64,000 nt of DNA from Balanoglossus misakiensis (Eukaryota; Animalia; Hemichordata), in assembly GCA_040954595.2 (NCBI GenBank), contig CM082583.2:2799060-2863059 (forward strand), in the 5' to 3' direction. Shown piece by piece: positions 1 through 19,516 of the stretch (its first letter is position 1; each line of letters begins with the position of its first letter). The notes beneath the pieces are model-generated. The model made no database searches and was not told where the DNA came from. It saw nothing but the letters and a program-made list of their open reading frames with translations. The position numbers were made by a program, and so were the translations under genes.

Positions 1-109
1 CATCTACTCATTGACCTTGACCACTGTAGCAAGTTTGAGAAGTGTACCTGCAGTAGTTTCAGAGATCTCGTTGGCCGAAGAAATTGACACAAGAAAAAAG
101 AAAGAAAGA

Positions 110-1720
110 ATTAAAGCTGCAAGCAGCATTGTCCGGGCCCAAGCTCTATTATCTGATCTGATATTAGATATGCACATAATTAATGAGTAGAAACATAATG
201 CTGTTCTATCCCATGAAATATCAAGGTTATATCTATGTTTGGTGCTGATAAAGTGTTAAGAAGGTCAAAGGTCACCCAGAGGTCACCCAACATTTGGGCA
301 GAAAATTTTAATCCATAGTGGTCCATGTCCAACAAAAACCAGACCTCTAGCCCTTTTGGTTAGCCTATAATTAGGTATGCACATAATTAATGAGTTAAGC
401 AGGTGTCACAGGTGACCCAAAACTTTGGCTTTTCATTATGGCCCCATACCTCCAAACGCCAAGGCTGTATCTGCTGTGGATGTCGAGATATGCAAAAGTA
501 GGTCAAAGGTCACCCGAGGTCATCCAACATTTGGGCAAAATATTTTGACCCCATACTGATCCATGTCCAGAAAAAAACAAACCTCTAGGTCATTTGGTTC
601 ATCTGTAATTAGGTATGCGCATATTTAATGAGGTCAGCAGAGGTCAAAGGGGTCATGAAAATTAGCAAAAATTTTTGATCACATACAAAACCACATACAT
701 CAAAAACCAAACTTATAGCCCTATTGGTTAGCCTGGAATTAGATATGCAGAAAAATGATGCGTCAAAAGTAGGTCAAAGGTCATTGCCAAAATTACCAAA
801 ATATTTATAGCTTATTCTTGTCATATGATGATTCATATCCATAAAAAGAATTTCTGTGCTATCAATTTTTAGGCTAGAAACAGAATTTTTACTTTTTAAT
901 CGTTGTTCACAAAATCCAATATGGCCGCCAAAATCTTCGACCAATCACAATGATCTTCGCAAACTTGATAGACATCTGTTTAATGACCGCACACACCAAA
1001 TCTTGTGACTCGGTTATCGCCGGTTCTTGAGAAGAAGATTTTTGAAATTTTACTAGGGTTTTTCGAAAATCCAATATGGCCGCCATAATCTTCCACCAAT
1101 CACAATGATCTTCGCAAACTTGATAGACCTCAGTTTGGTGACCACATACCCCAAACCGCGTGACTCGGTTATCGCCGGTTCTGGAGAAGAAGATTTTTGA
1201 AATTTTGACCAGATTTCAGAAAAACAACTGTAGCAAAAAAACTGCAACATTGACAGCAAAATATCCAATTACAAAAATGATGGGTAGAAGGTAGACTACC
1301 TGCACACCAAGTTTGAAGTCGATCTGACTTGTAGTTTCTGAGATCTGAGATTTGCATTTTTTCAGAAAATCTAATATGGCCGCCAGGTCACGTGACTAAT
1401 TAAAAATTCAAGGGTTCAATGCACATCTACTCATTGACCTTGACCACTGTAGCAAGTTTGAGAAGTGTACCTGCAGTGGTGTCTGAGATCTAGAGCGACA
1501 AAGAATTGACACAAGAATAAAGAAAGAAGAAGAAAGAAGAAAGAAGGAAAGACAGAAAAACCCCAACGAAACCAATAGGGCCCAAGCGCTGGTATGCGCT
1601 TGGGCCCTAAAAACCCCAACGAAACCAATAGGGCCCAAGCGCTTGCGTGCGCTTGGGCCCTAAAAATTCCAACGAAACCAATAGGGCCCAAGCGCTTGCG
1701 TGCGCTTGGGCCCTAAAAAA
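110..1720 (-). mobile_element. Non-autonomous Helentron-type element (HINE/DINE-1-like); a second tandem copy runs off the left edge (1-109)
   Basis: On the minus strand: T-run, then palindrome TAGGGCCCAAGCGC..GCGCTTGGGCCCTA, then (CTT/CTTT)n microsatellite (1510-1555), core and internal tandem repeats. It ends with subterminal IR GCTTGGGCCC (135-144) and a short hairpin GCTGCTTGCAGC. Bases 1-60 recur at ~1424-1483. Confidence 0.7.
1557..1715. repeat. Three tandem 53-bp units, each a GC-rich hairpin
   Basis: Unit CCCCAACGAAACCAATAGGGCCCAAGCGC-n6-GCGCTTGGGCCCTAAAAA starts at 1561, 1614 and 1667. Confidence 0.95.
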
Positions 1721-1723
1721 GTT

Positions 1724-2652
1724 CTACCAGTCCTTTTTGTTGATACCAGTGGGTGAAAGGGTACCAAGTGATTTAATAATTTTCAGTTCCAGTTGCTTTC
1801 TTATTTTGTCGTGTCTCGAATATACCTTGCACAGACCAGTGAATTGGAAATGGTGAATGTTGTGATCAGGTTCATGGAAGTGATGAGCGACTAGAGTGTC
1901 TTTGTGTGTACGGATACTGTAAAGGTGTTCGTTGATTCTGATACGGAGTTCCCGTTTTGTTTCCCCGATGTAAAATTTGTCGCATTTGATACAGACGATG
2001 GCATAAATGATGTTGCGAGTATTACATGTCAGTTGGCCGATGATAGGATGCGATTTGTTATTAAGCTTGTTGATTAATTTGTGTTCATTGGTCTGGATCA
2101 TGAATTGTTCTACAGTTGTTACACGGTTTACAGAGTCCTGGGTCAGTGTCTTCGGTTCTTGTCTTAAGGCTGGCTCGGACGATCATCTTCTTTAGGTTGG
2201 GTGGTTGTCTATAAGCAACAAAAGGGGGTGCGGTGAATGTCTCCCTTGTAGACTGATTGGATGCAAGTATGTGCCAGTGTTTTCTAATTATTGACGATAT
2301 GCTGGGAAGGGCCGGGTGGTGTGTGATGACGTATACGTATACGTTCGGATGAGTTGGTGTTTTTGTCCTGGTAGTTGATGAGTCGGTCACGTGGGATGCT
2401 TCTTACTTGATTTATGGCATTAGAGATCGCTGATTTTTTGTAGTTGCGTTGGATGAAGTGGTCCTGAAGTTTCTTGGTTTCTTTATTGTAGAGATCTGTT
2501 GTAGAGCAGATGCGTCTATATCGCAGGGCCTGTCCCTTGGGGATCGCTTTAAAGATATGGCGTGGATGGCAGGATGATGGAAGTAGATACGTGTGCTTGT
2601 CAGTAGGTTTGCTGTAGATGGTCGTATGAATGGTGTTATCCTTGATCATCAT
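1724..2652 (-). mobile_element. 5'-truncated, frameshifted Penelope-like retroelement (Neptune-like): RT thumb, Cys linker, GIY-YIG endonuclease
   Basis: Three overlapping ORFs join via frameshifts at ~2335 and ~2105. Motifs: TTIYSKPTDKHTYLLPSSCHP..IPKGQALRYRRICS, VAYRQPPNL, CKPCNNCRT, TCNTRNIIYAIVCIKC..FYIGET..RINEH..VAHHF..GINKKDW*. Confidence 0.9.
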
Positions 2653-2737
2653 ATTGATTACTTATAGTAAGTTGACTTGTTCGTTGTATCGATATTTTGT
2701 ACTACTATTAATAAGAAAATTGAATTTCGTTTCTCAG

Positions 2738-10566
<7,829 letters not shown>

Positions 10567-11852
10567 AAAAAACATGCAACCAAATACATCGAGGTCTATC
10601 TGGTGCCGTATATAATCACGCCTGAATAGAAACAAATTACAGCTTACGTATTATATGGCGAAATATATATTGCGGTAATTCGACATAATGCGTCTGTTCA
10701 AACTGATGAGACCATCTATATAATTGAGTTATTAAATGTTCGGTAATATTTTACATTTATCATATACCTACACATTCAAAGATAAGCCTCCAAGAAGTGC
10801 GACACACTGTGTCCTGAGACTCTTTCTAGCAAATTTGATGATTGAAACGATGTTGTCAATTAGGAAGTGATGAGCATCTTCGTATCAGTGTGTTTTATTT
10901 GACGCTACTGTTGTAACTAAACTATCTAGAGATAGTAATAATAAATGTCGATTCAAGCATAAATCTTAAAGTTGCTGTGCATTAAGTCTCTTGCTCTGTA
11001 CTGGATCTTGCGGCGTGTGCGATGTTTCGTACGATCCAGCCCACCAAGGCTACAAATGCGTTATTTCAGCTAGTCACGACACTACAGCTGAACCACTGTG
11101 GTCACACCCACACAATGAAATACAACAATGCGTACTATTACTTGACCCAATTCCGAGGTGACTTCCGTTTACGGAAACTGTCTCACTTTACTGCAACTTC
11201 GACAGAAAGTTTTCAATATTTTATGTCTTTCCCATTTACTTTGTTAGCTATGAGTTGAGTTTATGGAAACTGATTATTAACATTATATAACCCGGTCAGT
11301 CCATGCATGTCTGGCAGTCAACTCGCATGACCCCGAACTGTGGTAGCCAATCACAATATTAACCTCGAAAGTTTTCATCCCTCTTTTTATTTTGCAAATT
11401 TTGACCCGACCTTGCCATGACGCAGATCGCGGCTTTACCGAAAGCAACAGGCTGCTATCCCGGGACTGGCTTTTGGTCTTTATTCCTGCAAACAGGCGCA
11501 ATCAAGCTAAAAAACGGAGGTAATTTGTGCCAAACTGTAGACATAGGAATGCGGCGTTGTCGCTGATGTTGAAATACTGCGTGATTATTTTCTCAGTTCA
11601 CGCGCGTTGACTGCATTAATTTCCGTACGATTTTACCACCGCATTTCCGCGTTATAACTTTCCTGAATGTATGGGTGCGGTTGATCGCTACCTTTCACTC
11701 GACTCCTCCAAGGAGGGTTTCAACTTGGCGGCTTGGGAGAAACATCTCGTTTCTTGACGTCAACTATCGATATGTATTTCGTGACATATTTCAACTGTCT
11801 TGGTTTAATGAAGTGGACGTAATTCGTGATGGATTTCTCTCTGCGTCCCAAG

Positions 11853-13314
11853 AGAAAGTTGACGTCGTGTTTGTGGTTGAACGGTCGCAAAGTCTGAGGT
11901 CTCACCCAGTTGCCATGGACACCATTTTCGCCTTCATAAAAAACCTACTGACGCCCTTCAAGATTGGACGAGGGTGGCCGTCGTAACCTACAGCACGCGA
12001 CCCACGGTAGATTTCAATTCGATCCGCGATGGCGGAGGTTCGGGCGACCGGGACGAATGCGAGCTATTCTCACGCATCGACGCGATATCGAAGAATACGT
12101 TCGGTTGGACGGCGACCACCGACGCGTTGCGGGAAGCCAGAAACATCTTGTTCAACTGCCGCCAGGACTCCAAAAATGTGGTTTTCTTGATCACCAATGG
12201 GAAATCCAACATTGGGGAGCCCCCAAAAGTTGCCAACCGGGAACTGATGTCGCTGGGTTGGAATGCCAGTTCACCTGTGCACATCTTTGCTCTTGGTCTT
12301 CAAGATGCAGATCAAGACGAGTTGTTGTCCGTGGTGTCTGACTCCAGCTATGCGATGTATTTAGACTCCTTTGCCAAGTTCAAGCAGCTGGCCGTGAGAT
12401 TTACTCGGGGTACGAATAGATAAATATATCAACATTCTTATACAGAACGTTTTTGTTCTTGATGCTTGTTTGAATAATACCACGGTCACACTGGTAAAGA
12501 TTCGAAACGTTTCAGAGACACAAGTTGCCTTTTGTAAACACAGAGAGTTAATGCTTTGAGTCGCTTGTGTCCACACATACAAAGTTTATGTGTAGGCACT
12601 GAGGCTCTTTAAGAATACTTCATTAAAATTAAGATATATTCTAGAGCCTAGAGGTAGTATATCTGCTGGCGGTACAGATTTTCAGAAAAATGAGAGTCCT
12701 CAAAACCTTTCCATTGATTATTTGCTAAATTAAAGTGTGTGGGGAGTCTTTTGAAATAAAAGAAAACTCGGCCACTGTGGGTATTCATCTTGTTTTCATA
12801 AAAATCGCTACTTTAAATTTTCTCCATAGACTTCGCACACAGAATGGCGGCCATTTTGAATTGCAAATTCGAGGTAATTGTGCTCTCTCAGTCAACATTT
12901 TGCACAAAACCCTCTGTTTTTATTTTCAATTGTAAAAGAGAATCATCTAAAGTTCACTTGGACAAAAAATGAGAGAGAGTTTAAGATTTCGATTTTGGGG
13001 GCATGAACTACCTTAACACTTATATTTCTGCCTTCATTTAAGGGCGGTTTCAGATAATCGCAGAAAAGTTACCGTGGGAGGAGGCAGTGGATGCCTGTCT
13101 ACAGCAAGGAAAAATCCCTGCCAAGATTGTAGTCATTGAATGAAGCCCAGGAAGAAATAGAGAAATACAGTTTGACTCCTCAAGATATTTGGATTAATGG
13201 ATATAAAGACAGTTCAGGTGTATGGAAAACTCATGATATTCACCAGCTGTCAGTGGAAAGTGGTCTCTGGGAAAATGGTGAGCCTGATGGCTCTGGAGAC
13301 TGTTTGCAATTGTG
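11853..13314 (+). pseudogene. SVEP1-like VWA domain + C-type lectin domain gene, disrupted
   Basis: Exon 11853-12409: KVDVVFVVERSQS..FKIG/TRVAVVTYS..DECELF..TATTDAL..KNVVFLITNGKSNIG..IFALG, with a frameshift at ~11967. Exon 13043-13314: KLPWEEAVDAC..AKI/LNE..IWING..WENGEPDGSGDCLQLW, with a frameshift at ~13130. Possible 24-nt microexon 11496-11519. No exon carrying the distal half of the lectin domain was found after the Penelope insertion. Confidence 0.75.
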
Positions 13315-13348
13315 GTATGTTTTATTTTTTGAAACACATTCTTATATT

Positions 13349-13554
13349 TTATGTATGTATGTATGTATGTATGTATGTATGTATGTATGTATGTATGTAT
13401 GTATGTATGTATGTATGTATGTATGTATGTATGTATGTATGTATGTATGTATGTATGTATGTATGTATGTATGTATGTATGTATGTATGTATGTGTGTAT
13501 GTATGTATGTATGTATGTATGTATGTATGTATGTATGTATGTATGTATGTATGT
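13349..13554. repeat. (TATG)n microsatellite, left flank of the Penelope insertion
   Basis: Read directly. Confidence 0.97.
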
Positions 13555-13561
13555 ACGTACG

Positions 13562-14817
13562 TATGGCTTGGTGCTTTTCTTCTGCCATGATTGTTGTTTG
13601 TGTGTTAGAAGGGCGTTTTTTGCGTGGATGATGATGTTGCGTTCATCGGTAGTTATGTTGTCGTGCGGGAAGCATTTGTCTATGAGAAGGAGGAATTTCT
13701 GTCCGATGTTGGTGCTGACGTTTTTGCTGAATGGGGGGTTGTACCAGATGATGTTGTTTCTTTGTCTGTTTCTTCTTTTATTCGCGGTGGTTGTTGGTTC
13801 GTAGCGTAAAGTGTATTGGTATCCGCTGGCATCGAGTGCTTTTTGGTATGGCGGGGCGGCTTGGTCGAATGAGGCCTGGTCGGATGATAGCTGGGAGAGT
13901 CGTTTGTTGATTCCGGCTGGTATGTTCTTGGTGATGCTGGTGGGGTGGTTGCTTTCGCGGTGGACATATTGGAGTGTTGTGTTGGGCTTTGTGTAGGGTT
14001 GGTATGTGTTTCTGGCCAGGTTGAATGTGACGTCGAGGAAGTTGATGACTTGTTTGTTAGCTTCGATGGTGATTTTGAGACCGTTGATTTTGAATATTCG
14101 GCAGATTTCTTTTTTTATGTTTTCTGTGGATCTCGGGGTGGCGTCTGTGATGGCTAGTCCGTCGTCTCTGTATAGTCCGATGTTGTTGCCGAATTTATTC
14201 TGTAGCTGGGAGAGGAGGAAGCTGCCTACCAGTTCGCATGTTTCTGCTCCGTCGAAACTGCCCATGGTGACATCGAATGGCTTGGTGCTTTTCTTCTGCC
14301 ATGATTGTTGTTTGTGTGTTAGAAGGGCGTTTTTTGCGTGGATGATGATGTTGCGTTCATCGGTAGTTATGTTGTCGTAGGCGGAGGCGAAGTCGAGTGC
14401 TTTGTTGAGGAGGTTTTCGCTGATGGAGGGGTAGAATTCCTCGATGTCGAAGCAGATAAAGTTGCATTTTTCCTTGTTTTTGGTGAGTTTGAACCAATCG
14501 ACTACAGCTGATGTGTTTTTCCATTGGTTGACTGCGGTCGATGCTGTGATTTTCTTATTTATACGGTCGAGGATTTCTTTGCTGATTTTGCCTATTTCTG
14601 ATTTGGTCGGGTTGATCAATCTGCAGGTGGGTTTGTTGGCAAAGTTCGGTTTGTGGTCTTTCAGGGTTATGAATGCGTCTTTGTTGGCCGTGATGTCTAT
14701 TCTGTCGTCGATGTCAAGTTTCATTGCGATGTGTTTGTTTTCGTCGTGGATTGCTTGGGTAGTAGCGGGGTGGGCTTTTTTGTATGATTTGGTGATGTTG
14801 CGTTCTAACAGGTCGTT
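13562..14817 (-). mobile_element. Inverted partial copy of the Penelope RT region, with a terminal ~100-bp internal re-copy
   Basis: Near-identical reverse complement of 14818-~15907 with ~60 extra 5' nt (LLERNITKSYKKAHPATTQ). After KCFP it jumps back to DNITTDER..KKSTKP, then runs into (CATA)n. Confidence 0.93.
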
Positions 14818-16605
14818 GCAATCCACGACGAAAACAAACACATCGCAATGAAACTTGACATCGACGACAGAATAGACATCACGGCCAACAAAGACGCATT
14901 CATAACCCTGAAAGACCACAAACCGAACTTTGCCAACAAACCCACCTGCAGATTGATCAACCCGACCAAATCAGAAATAGGCAAAATCAGCAAAGAAATC
15001 CTCGACCGTATAAATAAGAAAATCACAGCATCGACCGCAGTCAACCAATGGAAAAACACATCAGCTGTAGTCGAATGGTTCAAACTCATCAAAAACAAGG
15101 AAAAATGCAACTTTATCTGCTTCGACATCGAGGAATTCTACCCCTCCATCAGCGAAAACCTCCTCAACAAAGCACTCGACTTCGCCTCCGCCTACGACAA
15201 CATAACTACCGATGAACGCAACATCATCATCCACGCAAAAAACGCCCTTCTAACACACAAACAACAATCATGGCAGAAGAAAAGCACCAAGCCATTCGAT
15301 GTCACCATGGGCAGTTTCGACGGAGCAGAAACATGCGAACTGGTAGGCAGCTTCCTCCTCTCCCAGCTACAGAATAAATTCGGCAACAACATCGGACTAT
15401 ACAGAGACGACGGACTAGCCATCACAGACGCCACCCCGAGATCCACAGAAAACATAAAAAAAGAAATCTGCCGAATATTCAAAATCAACGGTCTCAAAAT
15501 CACCATCGAAGCTAACAAACAAGTCATCAACTTCCTCGACGTCACATTCAACCTGGCCAGAAACACATACCAACCCTACACAAAGCCCAACACAACACTC
15601 CAATATGTCCACCGCGAAAGCAACCACCCCACCAGCATCACCAAGAACATACCAGCCGGAATCAACAAACGACTCTCCCAGCTATCATCCGACCAGGCCT
15701 CATTCGACCAAGCCGCCCCGCCATACCAAAAAGCACTCGATGCCAGCGGATACCAATACACTTTACGCTACGAACCAACAACCACCGCGAATAAAAGAAG
15801 AAACAGACAAAGAAACAACATCATCTGGTACAACCCCCCATTCAGCAAAAACGTCAGCACCAACATCGGACAGAAATTCCTCCTTCTCATAGACAAATGC
15901 TTCCCGCAAGACAACAAACTCAGGAAAATATTCAACAGGAACACGATGAAAATTAGCTACAGCTGTATGAACAACACGAAGCAGATCATCGACAACCACA
16001 ACAAACGCATCTTGAAATCGCACGACAACAACACAGACGAGACCGACAACACCAAGACTTGCAACTGCCGACAAAAGGACAAATGCCCGCTCGACGGTAA
16101 CTGCCTCCAAAACTCCATCATCTACCAGGCCACAGTTACGCGCACAGACAACAACACCTCGGATACATACGTCGGACTAACCGAGAACGACTTCAAAACA
16201 AGATACAGAAACCACACTTCATCTTTCCGACTCGCACGCTCCAGGAACTCCACTGAACTCAGCAAACATATTTGGACTCTGAAGGACAACGACATCGCCC
16301 ACACTATTTCATGGAAAATTTTAGCCAAAGCCAAACCATACAACAGCGCAACCAAACGGTGCAACCTCTGCTTAACAGAGAAATTTATTATCATTCGCAA
16401 CCCAGAAATTTCCACACTCAATAAAAGAAACGAACTTGTGTCCTCTTGTCGACACAGACACAAAGCATTGTTACGCAACAATTAAATCTAGAAACTCCCC
16501 ACACACCAGCCATACACATTGTTATGCAAAACGGCCCACCCCAACTTACATTCCACCACCTGTGTACCTGCATATAACCACGTCTTCCCCCTTGCATTTT
16601 CGCCA
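14818..16605 (+). mobile_element. Penelope-like retroelement, probably Hydra clade, 5'-truncated; uninterrupted RT + GIY-YIG ORF at 14848-16485
   Basis: RT motifs FDIEEFYPSI, MGSFDGAETCEL, LYRDDG, INFLDVT. Linker CxCx5Cx5C (CNCRQKDKCPLDGNC). EN motifs IIYQA..YVGLTE..FKTRYRNH, KRCNLCLTEK, LNKRNE..CRH. 120-nt 3' tail ends at (TATG)n. Clade call is from memory of motifs. Confidence 0.93.
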
Positions 16606-16760
16606 GTATGTATGTATGTATGTATGTATGTATGTATGTATGTATGTATGTATGTATGTATGTATGTATGTATGTATGTATGTATGTATGTATGTATGTA
16701 TGTATGTATGTATGTATGTATGTATGTATGTATGTATGTATGTATGTATGTATGTATGTA
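16606..16760. repeat. (TATG)n microsatellite, right flank of the Penelope insertion
   Basis: Read directly. Confidence 0.97.
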
Positions 16761-19432
16761 TTAAAGTGCAGAATACCTTTCATCTATATCATCAAACAAT
16801 CTTATCTTTTAATGTTTTTATGCTTTTCAGTGAGTGCTAACTTGTACTAAGGATCAGATGCCGTAAAACAGGAAATGAGCATATGGAATATTATTTTAAC
16901 AATTTTCATTTTGTCTTGTTGGTTTAATTTCTGGATTCGGGTATTTGTTTTGGTATCTCGTATCGTTTTCCTGTAATGCAAGGACAAAATAAAATATTTT
17001 GATTTAGGGATATTCAATTCATTTCATTAAAAGAGTTGATTATTCCCAGTTTAGAGTTTCTTTGGGTGTACGGGTAATAAGTAAACGAACAATAAACGTC
17101 TTCTGTTAAAAATCTACATGTCGCACGACACGTACTTTTATATTTTAGAATTATATCTCGTCATCGTTCCACTCTGAAGTGTCTAAAAGTTTACGAGGCG
17201 CAGGCACGAAAATAAATCGACATACCACATGCCCACGGTGAATCCTATCAATCTCCGATCCGGGTCTCAAATTGCTCGGGCAAGTGTCAGGCAAATTTTC
17301 CCCTGAAAGTCTTTTAAAATCCTAGAACGATGCTTTCAAAGTGAAGAGATAACACTAATGATGTAGCGCGGACAAATATATGAAAGCACCCGGTAAAGAT
17401 ATGCGTTGCCAATGGTCACTTCCAAACAATTGCTATGTTTCTACAGCTGTACACATTGGCCGACTGGACAGCAGTGCGTACTTCACGATTGGTCATTTTT
17501 TACACCAGGTGTAGTCGACGTTTTATCAGCTTGGAAATGCACTTGTAATGAAATCATTTCAATACTGAACGCCTCAACTCTTACATTATTGCATATACAC
17601 ATGTCACCTGTTGAACCACGATTCTGTGTACGAAGAACTACTTAGATACATTTTTTCATAACTCTTAGAGATCATCAAGTGTTGTTGAATTGAAGTGTAA
17701 GGAGTCAGAAATGCGGACAGATTGCACGAGTTTGTGTGGACGGTTTTGCCAGAATAAACAAATGCATACATAATATTGTGTAGCACATGTTAGGCTATGG
17801 TCAGCGGAAACCGAAGGGATTCACACAGTGCGAATTCGATATACTGGGAGAATCACTTCAAACTCTCTCTAAATCGACTTCTGAGTTTAAAAAGTCACAA
17901 CACGTGAACGATAGAAAGTACAGCACGAGATTTCCTCGCCCCTTTTCCCTCATCTCATCCAGTTACCGTTTTCATCAAATCGTGTCTTATGAATGTGTGA
18001 ACTTAGCCCAGTAGCACTAACTCTGCTCTAAGGCCACTGTCTCTCTTATACCCAAACCACAAAACGAATAATGTGATAGTAAGCAATGTTCCCTAAATAA
18101 GATACAATCCAGATGGCATTTGGGAATGAAATGTTCTACTCACCTCAGAGTTTTACAACTGCGTGATTTACAGTATACAGTACAATCGTCTGCGCACGCG
18201 TGCATTGGTTTTGACATCGACCTGACTTGCCGATCACCATACCTGATTTATATGATCACTCCCGACCAATGGTCAACTCTATATATACACAGTTGTACAC
18301 ATTAGGTCGTTAATTGGCCGAAACACTTTACATTTGTGTAGAAAAAAATGTACATTGTATTGTTATGAGCATCACATTGAAATAATGTCACACTGAAAGA
18401 CGTGGGCAACCCGCCATACAAATGGATCAATCATGTGCAGCCCAGGTGAAATGTCCCCATTCAGGAAAGTATTGGCAAAAGTGTACAGTGACAGCACAAA
18501 ATTGAATAACGATTTGTATAACATTCGCTCCACCATAAAAATTACAAAACAAGCTCACTGATTACATTCTGAGCATTTTACAAAGCCCATTTTGTTGAAG
18601 TACTGGAGCGATTTCAGATCCGGATCATTTGGTTTGTTTTCTGCTGTCACCCGGGAACACACTGCACAATATGTAAACATAAGCTTGGCATGCATGTAAA
18701 ACTTCCAGTTCTAAATGCCAAATCGAAGGGGAAGCCATGTGTGGGAATGAATTGGAAACCACCAGCAATACATTTTGCTTGTCGTTGGAATGGTTGTAAA
18801 CCCGACAATTTATGCAATGGCCATTATCGTGCAGTTCAGAAAGCAAACAGCCATCACGGAAATCCATTTAACGAATTATATCAGTAAGAAATTTTGGGGA
18901 AATGTCCATAGATACAACAAAAACACACTGCATAACCCCAGTGAGATTATTTTATTTTTATTTAATTTATTATCGCACCAACCCCAGTCACAGGAAAACA
19001 GACATCAATATACATACAATCACAGTCCCTCAAGAAAGACCGTCGGGAAACTCTCGGGCCCCTATTGTTATAATGCTCATTATGGTTTGCTGAAATGTTT
19101 ATTGGATGTTTATTCGGTTAATCCAATTAACTCCCCCGATCGGAAGCATGTCCGAAGTCTAGAAGACACGTCGAAGTCATTTGCATCAGATTAGCATATG
19201 CGGTGGTGTCATTTTCCCCAGAATGCATCATAATTTATTTAGGACATGTGTGGAAAAAAAATTGTGTACTGTTGCTGTTATTGTTGTAGAAATGTCGTTT
19301 AAGATACAGTCCCTCCACCAACACGTCGATTTGTGACTCTTATTCTAACCCTGACCTTGTGGATTAGAACGCGACCCAGGAACACGTACTGGAATTGAGT
19401 GACCCAGGTCGTTGAGTGAGTGATCGAAGACA

Positions 19433-19516
19433 TAGTCTGGTTCCCTGCCCCAATCCCTAAAGCGTAGCTAAAGCGTAGCGCAGCCAGCGGTGGGATTGGG
19501 GCAGGGAACCAGACTA
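19433..19516. mobile_element. 84-bp MITE with TAG..CTA ends and 10-bp TSD (AcademH-like)
   Basis: TIR TAGTCTGGTTCCCTGCCCCAATCCC; TSD ATCGAAGACA on both sides. Confidence 0.85.

Noticed and set aside
1557-1715. CRISPR array or hammerhead ribozyme (palindromic repeats, CGAAAC)
   Set aside because: Units are contiguous with no unique spacers, there are no cas genes, and no CUGANGA core is present. It fits a Helentron terminal hairpin.
2085-2110. UGA read-through (selenoprotein PLE, as in Naiads)
   Set aside because: The downstream GIY-YIG is in another frame; a small deletion after CRT explains it. The EN is also C-terminal.
13342-14919. 525-aa minus-strand ORF as a separate RT-repeat fusion gene
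   Set aside because: By-product of the inverted Penelope arm reading from antisense sequence into (CATA)n.
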